NCBI GenBank assembly: GCA_023213395.1 | Contig: CM041465.1 | Span: 94,433,741 to 94,497,740 of the forward strand | DNA length: 64,000 nucleotides | Direction of reading: 5' to 3' | Source of the DNA: Cycas panzhihuaensis | Lineage: Eukaryota > Plantae > Cycadophyta | The notes under the pieces: model-generated | The model's input: the letters and a program-made list of their open reading frames with translations, nothing else | What the model was told of the DNA's origin: nothing | Databases searched by the model: none | Position numbers and translations under genes: made by a program | In this document: piece after piece, positions 1-10,642 of the stretch | Numbering within the stretch: position 1 is the first letter of the stretch | How the letters are laid out: each line of letters begins with the position of its first letter

Positions 1-1003
1 CTGGTGGTGGACTGTTCAGATTGATTCAACTCCTGGGTTCTACCCTCATTCTGGATCCTGTCCTCAACCCCTTTTAGCTCCACCATCAAAGCCCCTTTAT
101 TTTCGAATATATTACCAAAGACTTCCCTGTTCCAAGTCTTAATTTGTTGCTTGACCCAATTCAACTTCTTCGAGAACCTATACATAACACAGCCCTGTAC
201 CTGAACTCCCCACCAATCACTGATCCTTGCTCTCAAATCTGGATGTTTCTGCCACATAAGCTCAAATTTGAAAGGCGCACCCTTGTGAAAAACCGGGGAA
301 GAACCTTCTAGTAAGAGAGGAGAGTGATTCGACCCAGATTTCGGAAGGGCTTCCAGCCTAATACCTTCAAAGTGGCAGGCCCACTCATAGTTCGTTAACA
401 CCCTGTCCAGTCTACACTGAATGTGGTTCAGGCCTAGCTGCCTGTTGGACCATGTGAACTTAGCTCCCCCAAGGGGAACGTCCATCAAGCCCCCCTTTTG
501 TAGGAACGCTCCAAGATCAGACATGCTCCTGGTCCAGCCTCCTTGCCCCCCTTTCTTCTCCTCCGGACTAAGGGGGGAATTAAAATCCCCCCCACCAACC
601 AGGGGCCTTTCCAATCTTTGTGGACCTCCACCAAACTATCCCAAAGTCTCTTCCTTCCCTCAGCAGTAGTGGGAGCATAGATATTAGTTATCCAAAACGT
701 CTTGTTTGTCAATACACTAACCAGACCAACAGTAATGAAGTGCTCGCTCTTGCACACCTCATACCCTTGCCAACTATTCGAATTCCAAAGTGTGGCCAAC
801 CCGCCAGAGTTTGCCGATCCAGCACTAGTTACCCCCTCTCCCCTCCTCCAGATCTTATAAAGCACCTCTCTTTCCTTAGTCTGATCCAATTTAGTCTCCT
901 GTAGCAGAACAAGATTTGCTTCTATCCTAATCCTTAAATCTCTCACCAGTCGTTGCTTAGAAGGAGCGTTTAGCCCCCTAATGTTCCAAGATAGGACCTT
1001 CAT
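1..1003 (-). pseudogene. LINE ORF2, N-terminal APE endonuclease domain, frameshifted
   Basis: Starts MKVLSWNIRGL..LLQETK..NIYAP. Adding one G to the G7 run at 587-593 restores GGDFN and gives an open frame to base 1 (FTWSN, RLDRVL, SNHSP, PFKFELMW, KTWNREVFG). The catalytic SDH reads SNH. Confidence 0.92.
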
Positions 1004-1024
1004 GGATGACTCTGAGTTGCCCCC

Positions 1025-2500
1025 TCATCCTTTCCTACTTCTGAGGTTAGGTCCATCTAACGCACCCCCCTCCTTTAACGTACTCTGGTGACCCATGTCT
1101 ATCTGAACTTGGGTCTCTTTCTCTCTAATAGCCTTTTTAGGGGGTCTACCCACCTTCTTCTCTATCCCATAATCTGGAGCCCTCCTCACCTCTGTTGTAT
1201 TACTCTTTGATACCCACTTGCATATCCCACCCCCACCTTTTTCTGAATCTGCACCCTTAGATCCGATTCCCGCACCTCCTTCATTTACATTGCCTCCTTG
1301 TCCCTCCTCTTGAGTCTGTTCTCTCGATCCCCCCTCTTCGGGCTCTGAAAAGTAGTCCTCTAGATCCCAATTAATATTCTTTGCAAGCCTTGCCAAAACC
1401 GGCTCAATGGCTGAAGGGGGGGGAGCTTCCCCCCCCTCCAAACCGCCCAAGCCCTTGGGCTGACTCTTAGCTTCCTCAACCACCCGCCCCATCTCCTAGC
1501 TCGGCACTGGACCCTGACTACCTATCTCAACATCTTTGGTGAAGCCCTTTCCCTCCTCAGGAACCACTGAATCCTTTTCCCCAACTGCCTGAACTGTGGG
1601 GCCAGCCATAACAGAAGTCGACTCACCATCAACTCCTTCAGACACCTCTAACCTACTAGGATTCTCGGATCTATCGTCAGTCTCGTGTCTGGTATCAACT
1701 TTGTCAGATCTCTCGATCTCCCCTCTTGTCTCATCTTTCTCATTACCTATCTCTTGAGTATCCATCCTCAATGGGACTCTTGGGCACTGGAAGGGGAGAT
1801 GCCCCCTGGTCTTGCATTTTGCGCACCTAAAACCCTCCACTTCATAAAATAGACCTTGGATGATAGATCTGCCTTCCGACTCAATCTCTACCTCCTCTGG
1901 GAGCTCGCTGTCCAGCTTGGCTGAATACGTAACGGCATTCATCAATCTAGATCTGTGTTTAGTGGCCGAATCCAAAGCCAATAGTGGTCCGATCATTCTG
2001 GCAGCCCCTTTGACCGTCTCCGGATTCCAAAAGTGCAACGGGAGCCCAGGTAACTGAACCCAAACCGGGGCTTGTTTAACCACGGGGGTGCTAGGATCAA
2101 AATCAGGGTGCCACTTCTCCAATGACATGGCCTTCCTCCCGAACATCCAAGGGGATTTTAGTAGGATGGGGATCATGTCCTCCTGGTTTGCGAACCTACA
2201 AAGGATGCACCCCTTGGGCATAGCCATGACTTGAACTGGATTCCTGGTCTTCCATTTGTTCCTAATCCACTCTCTAATAATGTCCAGTCCTGGCCTGGGA
2301 CCCGAAAACCTACCAACCAAACTGTTTTCCCAATATTGTATGGTCTTTTCGGTTACTTCTTTCGGTATCGAGAGTTTGTATCTATTTCCGATCTTTACTG
2401 GGATTATTTCTTGTTCCTCATGGTCACCATTTCTTAAAACTTCAAGGTAGGTTCTCCCCGAAGGAGAGAACTGAGATTGGTTCAGAGATGTTTGCATCAT
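1025..2500 (-). pseudogene. LINE ORF1 (DUF4283-type RNA-binding region + zinc knuckle), split by one in-frame stop
   Basis: ORFs 1496..2500 and 1025..1492 are in the same frame, separated only by TAG (1498-1496) and GAG. Motifs: LVGRF, PWMFG, PVWVQLPGLPLHFW, CAKCKTRGHLPFQC. Confidence 0.92.
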
Positions 2501-3352
2501 ATTACCAGCAGAAAAAAATTCAAACTACAATGACAGCAAAAACTCACCATTTGCCTGCATTTGTCTTTGCAAACCCTAGCCCCTTTAAGTGAATTTTCTG
2601 CCACCCTGGGCTTTCGCGTTGTACCAACAATATTCGGCTTAAGACCCAAGCTCTTGGTGCATCTGAACCCTTGTATAACTCGGCTAAGGGCTGCTCTGCG
2701 TCAGATCCTTGTGGGGATACCAGCCTCAGAAGCTGAAGCACATGCAAAACACCACGCTGTCCGCTCCACTGCCCTCCTCTATCCTTGCATAAATTTATAC
2801 GTCGCCCCCAACCCTGGGTATACCACCTCAAGCTTTCTATGCTCCGTACTGAGCGAGTACCCTTCTCAACAGCCCCGCGTGGGGTCATCCATCTCACACC
2901 GTCAATGCTGAAGGCGCCTTGAACACTCACGGGCCCACACCATCGAACGGCCCTACTTGGGGGGATGCCCCCCCACCTCCGTCCATGATCCGCCCTTGCC
3001 CTAGCCACCAGAGCCAGAGGCCCAGACCCGTCCCGGAGCCGTTCGCCTCGCTTACCAGCCGCTTCACTGCCCTTGATATCAACGGCTAGAGAATGGTCAT
3101 ACTTCTGCACAGTCAATTGAAAAGGGCTTCTAGCTGGGGGACGCACCAACTCAGCTCTCTTTACAGAGAATAGTCTTCGTCTCCATAGCGTCGTCGCCCT
3201 AGGGTTGCTCCCCCACGAATCTGCAAGGCCGGAATCAAAGGCCAGTAGGGCCCATTTCCTCGTCCAGTCGGCCCGACAAGAGGGCCTCCCCGTCTCGATC
3301 CTGATCTGCGAGTCCGCAGCCGTCGAAACCCTACACGTAGGTCGCCAATCTA
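2501..3352 (-). promoter_or_regulatory. LINE 5' UTR / putative internal promoter
   Basis: CpG-rich ~850 bp upstream of the ORF1 ATG. Contains AAACCCTA (2571, 3326) and GGCCCA (2932, 3249) motifs. Confidence 0.6.
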
Positions 3353-5408
3353 ATAAAAAAAATCTTTTGATTGATTTTAATTGCAATAGTTTTTTTGCCT
3401 TTAATACTCAGAGAAAAATTATATTCAAGTTCAATAGTTTTGTTTATGCAATCAGGATGAAGAGTCTCAAACTAGTTTTCCCTTCTTGTCATATAATTTG
3501 AAGCTCTGGACTTTATGAACTAGCAACAACAAAAGTAGTTTCTTCCTCTTCTTCATCTTTAGATTGCTCATTGTTGTAGTTGTCTTCCACTCACTTTCCC
3601 TTTGAGATCTCAGATCTTTTGTAAAAATAGTTGCTTGAAAGATGTTCAAATCTTCCATAGTAATAATAGGGACGAGTTTTGATTGATCTGAAATCAATAA
3701 AAAGGTGTCCCGGTTTACCGCAATGATAACATACCTGATTGTCTGTTGATCTTCCCCTGATAGGTCCTAATCTTCCTCTGTTGAACCTCCCTTTGCTTCC
3801 CCTTGTATCTGTTGATCTTTCTCTTATGGATCTACTTCTGTTGTAATCTCGTTCTCCAATTCTTAGTCTAGAAAAAAATGCTTCTTCAACTTTAGTTTCT
3901 TCATCATATCTTTGTATCCTTTACTCTTGTTGAAGATGTCCATACAGGGTGTCAAATGACATATTGAGAGCTTGTCCTCCAACAGTGAGAGTATTTACAA
4001 GATTGTCAAATGACTTGGGAAGCTTGTCAAGAACCAAATGAACAATTTATGTGTCTGATATAGACTCACCTACAGATGTCAGATTATATTTGATTTCAAC
4101 CACTTTAGTGGTAACGTTAGAGGTTTGTTCACTCGCCCTTAAATGGAGTTGATACAGTTGTTTTTGAAGAGTAATAATCCAAGCTTCATTCTTTTTTACT
4201 ATAGAGAGCAATAATAATTTTTCAAGCTTCTACTGAAGTGGAGGCTTTGCTTATATGAGTTGAAACAGAGTCACTTATGGATAGTGTAATGGTTGCCAAG
4301 GCATGTTTGCCCCTTTCTTCCCAACTAGCAAGCTTTACAGTAACTATGGTAACTTTTTTTTTTTTCCTTTTACAGTAACAATATTCCAAGCATTTTTGGC
4401 AACTCGAAAACCCTTCATTTTCATTTTCCAAGCACCATAATTTTGTCTAGTTAACTTATCTGAGTCTCCTAATGAGTAAACTTAGGCCATTTACTTTTAT
4501 GCAAAAGAGAAAGGACTGTAAAAAACATTTTTTTTTCTTTCTTTTGTTATAGGCCAAAACTATACGACTGTATGGTTATACAAAAAGAGTATAGGTGTAT
4601 GGATTCCAAAAAAAGACCCCCCCTAAAATGTAGATCTCTTCAACATCTATTGGGATGTGTAGATTAAATTTTGATTAGAACTTTTCGTTTGACTAAAAAA
4701 TGGCCCGAAAGACATAGAGGTAGCTAGGGTTTAAAATTTATTTTTTCTCATAACTTAAAATTTTTTCAAAATCTCTTGGAAAAATTATACTTGATGGAAA
4801 GCTTATGTCCTAAGGAAGATTTTAAGACCAATTTTAGGCATTGAAACTAAAAAAAATGAGAAAAAACAACAGAGGAACCCTCAAACCCACCCTCTTAATT
4901 TTTTGTGATTTCTTGCTTACAGAAGCCAAATTTGTAGTTGGCTCTTTGGAACAGTAGACTCTATTGGCCAAAATGCAAAATGTCTTTGCTGGTAAAATTT
5001 GGTTGCGATCTGAACACTTTGAATTTTGGTTGTACAATGTTGTACGGATTTGTATAGGGTTTTTGTACAGTGTCTTTTGGGATTGTTCTCCTTTGAAAAA
5101 CCTCTGTTTTAATCCTTTAATCTCCTTCTGATTTTTTTCCTCTTTCTAAAAAATTCAAATGCTTTATGCCCTAACCGTCTTGCCCTGATACCATGTTGGA
5201 AAAAAGACAAAATATGAAAAGAAAATGATCTTTCTTGATTAATGGATGAGAGTTTCTCTCTCATATAAATGCATCTAGTTTACAAGAGAGGATCAATACA
5301 TGTATGGTAAGTGTTATTTTAAATAGAAGAGAGGTCATGACACACCTTTAATTACACATAAGAGACCCCCAAAGTAAAAACATGGGATAGAACATTAATA
5401 TTCTAAAA
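3353..5408 (-). mobile_element. Ty1/copia element A (5' LTR, PBS, decayed gag-protease), interrupted by the LINE
   Basis: Minus-strand LTR end ..CCAACA at 5194 followed by PBS TGGTATCAGGGC (5193-5182, tRNA-iMet). Decayed gag (DKL..NY..WKMKMK) and protease (S.AS.YMT) lie downstream. The LTR start at ~5408 is inferred from a degenerate TGTTAGAAT. Confidence 0.8.
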
Positions 5409-5465
5409 CTTTTTTGTATCTCATGAATAACTCATCTAAATTTATTTCGAGAGTCCCAAGTGTTT

Positions 5466-5662
5466 TGTTAGAGTATAATCTTTTATCTTAAGATTATTAA
5501 AGAAGAGGGGTAACGTAATTAAACCCTCATTGTACTTAATATACATGTTTAGTTACAATAACCATGTAACGGTTATATAATCTAATGTATAAAAGAAGGA
5601 TTTCCTCACATAATAAAATATTGATTTTTTCCCTCTATATTCTAAGGAGCCTATTTTTAACA
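5466..5662 (+). repeat. 5' LTR of copia B
   Basis: TGTTAGAG...TTTAACA, direct repeat of 10446-10642. Confidence 0.95.
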
Positions 5663-6370
5663 TGGTATCAAAGTAGGCTGTGTTGTTCGTTAAATAATTC
5701 TGAGGAAAAGTAATCATCTAGATTGTGTGAAGGAGTTCAATTTTCTATCAATCATTCACAGAGGAAGATAAAGTCATTAAAGGCCGGAATCACTTATTGT
5801 ATAGAATTGTACGGACGAGTACGAACTCAAATTTTTCAAAGTTATTAGATTAACCTAAAATTTTACTAGCGGGTGCGCCTTTATACGAACGTCATTTCAT
5901 CTAATTGGGTTGACTTCATTTGAAGAGTTTTTTGAGGAGAAAATCAAAATTTTCTGTCTATGCGAGTTTTAGAAGAAAATCATTCATTATGATCAAATTT
6001 ATCCATCAAATTGGGCAAAATCGAACTCGATCTCTTAGTTTTTGAAATATGATTTTATTGATACTAGTCTTGCAGATTTTCTTGGTTGTTTTGAATTTTT
6101 TCAAGCATTTTTTATCAAAACCCTGGGCACGCAGTTTAGATCTTCGAGTGTTTTTTTTTTTTTTTTTTTCCCTGTCTAGAAAAGATATTTCAAAAATAAT
6201 CATAGATCCAGATAACCATTTGAGAGATCTACATTTTAAGGTAGTTTTTGATTAATTGTGTACAATTTTAAATCCGCACAAAAATTCGTATAGAAATCTA
6301 TACAGTTGTATGACCTTAGTTTCTCAGACTTGCCTGGCTTCTCAGACCTGCTTTTTGACTTAGTATAATC

Positions 6371-9300
6371 ATGACATCCTTAATTTTGGGCCTTAGTGAC
6401 ATAGATAAATTGACCGAGAACAATTATCATGTTTGGAGAATTAAAATGAAAGCCATGTGTGCCAAAAATGCCTGGGAATTAACCATTGGGGAAGAAAAAT
6501 TGCCAGAGACTGAAGGCGATGCCTAGAAAAACTGGAAAGAAAGAAATAATCTAGGTGTAATAACTTTGAAGATGTCAGTGTCTGATCATCTTTTAATATA
6601 CATTGATAAATCAAATTCTTATTCTTAAATTTGAAAGACTTTTGAAAATCTCTATGCCCAAAAGAATAGAACAAGGATTATAACCTTGAAGAGGAGTTAT
6701 TTAAACTGGTTATGAAAGAAATTGAAATAGTAGCAGACTTTATTCACAAAGTCACTACTATCTAGAACGAACTCCTAAGCATCGGGGCAACCATTTTTTA
6801 AAAAGAAATAGTTGAAATGGTAGCAGGAAAACTCCCAAGGGCATTTGATGTAACCATCAATACAATAACCAACACTAGTATAATTGAAGAAATGACTCTT
6901 GATGAATTGACTGGTATGTTGTTGAATCAGGAACAAAGAAACAAAAGGTACAAAGACATTAATGAAATAGAAGATGCCTTTGTGACAAAATTAAACATAG
7001 GAGGTCCCAAAGGACGAGGACGATTTAGAGGCAAAGGACGTACTTCTGAATCCAGGACTCCTTCGCGAGGAAGATGGTTAGAAAATAGGGGACACGGTTG
7101 TATGTATCCTCCAAGGGATGTTCAAGTCTCCTTCAACTGTGGTAAACTTGGACACTTTTCAAGCCAATGTTGCACATTCGATGTTTGTTATCAATGTGGA
7201 CAGCCAGGATGCTATCCATATCAGTGCTCTCAATGAAAAGTAGAGATTTAGAGAGGTAAGAGACCAACTAGAAATTACAGCAAAGAACAACCAAAGGAAG
7301 AGGAAGAAGAAACAACCTTCATTGTTGCTTTATCAACAAACCTTGTGGTACATTGACTCAGGAGCATCACGTCACATGACAAGAAGAGAAGATTGGTTGG
7401 AGTCCATCAAAGCCTACTCCTAAAAATTAGTCAAATTGGGAGATAAGTATGCTTTAAACATTAAAGGAATAGGGACTATTGCTGTGAATTTGCAAGGTTG
7501 TATAAAGAAAATTAGTAATGTACTTTTTGTACCTGGGCTTAAGATGAACCTTCTGTCAGTATCTCAACTAAGCAACAAGGGTTTAAGGACTATATTTGAT
7601 GAGAAGGGCATGTGTTATGTGTTGGACATGAAAAATGACGATGTTGTCATTGCTAAAGGGGTAAAGTATAATGATTTGTATAAATTATTGCCCATTCTTG
7701 TTGATCCAATAAGGATGCAAAAGCATTCTCAGCTATGAATTCTAATGATAATAATAAAGTGTGGCATTTGAAGTATGGACATCTTCCCATAGATAAATTG
7801 GAAATGATGAAAAGAAACAATATAGTTAATGGGCTTCCTTCTATTTCGTCAGAGCATTTTGTTTGCAAAGGTTGTCAATTTGGAAAACAACATTGTTTTC
7901 CCTTCAGAACTAACGAATGACATGTTCAAGAAAAATTAGAACTAATACACATATTTATATGATTCTCTAACACCACTATCCATAAATGGCTCTAGATATT
8001 TCTTAACCTTCATTGATGATTTCACTAAGAAGGTGTGGGTGTACTTTATTCATAGTAAGTCGGAAGTGTTTGATACATTTAAAGAATTCAAGGTTGAGGT
8101 AGAGTTAGAATCAAGATGTAAAACTAAATGTATTAGGTCTGACAATGGAGGTGAATATATTTCAAAAACATTTTTGGACTACTACAAAACTAAAGGTATA
8201 CGAAGACAATTAACAACTCCCAATATATCTCAGTCCAACGGTGTCGCTGAATGGAAGAATAGGACCATAATGGAAATCACACGTAGCATGATTCATGGAA
8301 AATAAATCTCAGGGACTTACTGGGCTAAAGTAGTAAGTACATCATGCTATCTAATAAACTAGAGTCCAACCACAACATTACAACAAATCATTCTTGAAGA
8401 AGGTTGGACAGGAAGGAAGCCTGATGTAAGTAACTTAAAAGTTTTTGGCAGTCAAGATTTTGTTCACATACTAGATAAAAATATGACAAGACTTGATTCA
8501 AAATGCATAGAATGCATTATGATCAGATACAACAAAAACTCAAAGGGATACAAGTGCATAGATCCCAAAACCAATAAAATTTATGTAAGTAGGGATGTAA
8601 TATTCAATGAAGAAATTCCTATAGAGATCAAACCTCTGGTCCAAACAATTGAAGAAGTACCAAGGATTAAGCCTCAAATAGAATCTTTAGCTAAAGAATC
8701 TGGAATAACTACAAAAACTAGTTTTGAAGAATCTGAATCCGCTCCTCTCACAGAGGGAGAACAATCATTAGAAGAATCAACCGTTGAAGCACCAAAGAAG
8801 GAGAAGAAAGTACCAAAATGGTACATCAAAACCATAGAAGAAGGTAGAGGAAATGTGTTTACCCATAGAACTAGGAGTTAGCAACATCAAGCTCTCTTCA
8901 ATAGATTAGAGCCATAATCATTTGAATAAGCAAAGGATCATGCCGAATGGAGATCAACAATGGATGCAGAAATGAATGTTGTTGCAAAAAATCAAACTTG
9001 GGATTTGGTGGAGTTGCCTCCAAATAAACTAGTGGTCAATTGCAAATGGGTGTACAAGGTAAAAGAAGATGCTGATGGGAGAATAGGAAAATTCAAAGCA
9101 AGACTTGTGGCAAAATGATACACTCAGACTGTTGGGATTGGTTTCGATGAAACATTCTCTCCTGTGGCTAAAATGAATACAGTCCAAATAGTGATTGCAT
9201 TGACAGCATAAAACAATTGAAAATTTTACTAGTTGGATGTCAAAAGCGCTTTTCTAAATGGAGATATGGAAAAAAAGGTCTACATGTGGCAACCAGAAGG

Positions 9301-10438
9301 CTACATCAAACAAGGGCAAGAGCATTTGCTATGTAAGCTTTAAAAGGCCTTGTACGGATTGAAACAAGTCCCCAGAGTTTGGTATGCTAAGTTGGACAAA
9401 CATTTGTCTCAACATGGCTTCCACAGATGCAAGTCTAATTCTAGCCTTTATGTAAAAAGAAATGATGAAAAAATCTCAATCATTGTTGTCTATGTTGATG
9501 ACGTGATTCTCACTGGAGACGACACCAAATCTATCTCAAATATAAAGAGTCAATTGGAAAAGGATTTTGAAATGACAGATTTAAGTTCCTTGAACTACTA
9601 CCTGGGAATAGAAATTGAGCAAAACAAAGAGTCAATTACACTTTCATAAGGCAAATACATCAGAGATTTACTAGTTAAATTTTAGATGGAGAATTGTAAT
9701 GAATGTGCAACTTCTATAGAAGTGAATTGCAATCTAGCCCCACATGAAGGAGAATCTATAGTTGACAACACTCTTTACAGACAGTTAATTGGAAGTCTGA
9801 TTTATCTCGCTGCCACAAGACCTGACATCTCACATTCAATAGGTTTAGTTTTTAAATACATGCAGGAGCCAAAATTGAGACATTGGAAGGCTGTCAAAAG
9901 GATACTCAGATACCTAAAAGACACTGTAGACCTGAAACTAGTATACAACAAAAAGAAGTCAACTCAATTGATTGGATATTACGACTCTTATTGGACAGGA
10001 GACAGAGAATAGGAGGTCTACCAATGGATATTGTTTCTTCTTGAGTTCAGTCGCCATTTCCTGATGCAGTAAAAAGCAACCAAACTTTCTCTTTCATCAA
10101 CTGAAATAGAATACAAATCGGAAATCAGCGCAACATGTGAAGAACTCTGGTTCAGATAATTGTTAATGGACATGAATCAATTACAACATGAACCGACAAC
10201 TTTATTTTGTGATAATCAAAGTGCAATAAAATTAAACATAAATCCTATTTGACATGCACGAACAAAGCACATAGAAGTACACTGCCACTTCATTTGAGAA
10301 AAGGTACAAAGTAAAGAGATTGATTTAACATATTGTCCCATAGCAAGTCAAGTTATAGATATTTTAACAAAATCTCTTAGCAGAGATAAATTTCAAATTC
10401 TCAGGGAAAGAATAGGACTAAAAAGGATAAAACATTAA
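6371..10438 (+). pseudogene. copia B gag-pol (gag, protease, integrase, RT, RNase H) with many stops
   Basis: ORF fragments show CGKLGHFSSQC, NLLSVSQL, WHLKYGH, IRSDNGGEY, YGLKQ.PR.WY, YVDD, YRQLIGSLIYL..TRPDI, in copia order (INT before RT). Confidence 0.95.
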
Positions 10439-10445
10439 GAGAGGG

Positions 10446-10642
10446 TGTTAGAGTATAATGTTGTGTCTTAGGATTATTAAAGAAGAGGGGTAATGTAATT
10501 AAACCCTCATTTTACTTAATATACATGTTTGGTTACAATAACCATGTAACGGTTACATAGTCTAATGTATAAAATGAAGATTTCCTCACATAATAAAACA
10601 TTGATTTTTTTCCTCCATATTTTGAGAAGCTTGATTTTTATA
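10446..10642 (+). repeat. 3' LTR of copia B
   Basis: Direct repeat of 5466-5662, preceded by the PPT. Confidence 0.95.

Larger units (their letters stand above)
1..3352 (-). mobile_element. L1-clade LINE retrotransposon (5' UTR, ORF1, 5' part of ORF2; runs off the window start), inserted into a copia element
   Basis: GC-rich 5' UTR, then ORF1 with the plant L1 DUF4283-like region and CCHC knuckle, then ORF2 starting with an APE endonuclease. Composition switches abruptly to AT-rich copia sequence at ~3353, next to an A-run. Confidence 0.95.
5466..10642 (+). mobile_element. Full-length but decayed Ty1/copia element B
   Basis: 197-bp LTRs at 5466-5662 and 10446-10642 (roughly 10% divergent by eye). 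PBS TGGTATCAAAGT at 5663, PPT ..TAAGAGAGGG before 10446, TSD TGTTT/TGTTC. Confidence 0.96.

Noticed and set aside
421-2911. Plus-strand ORFs overlapping the LINE
   Set aside because: Antisense shadows of GC-rich LINE sequence with no motifs.
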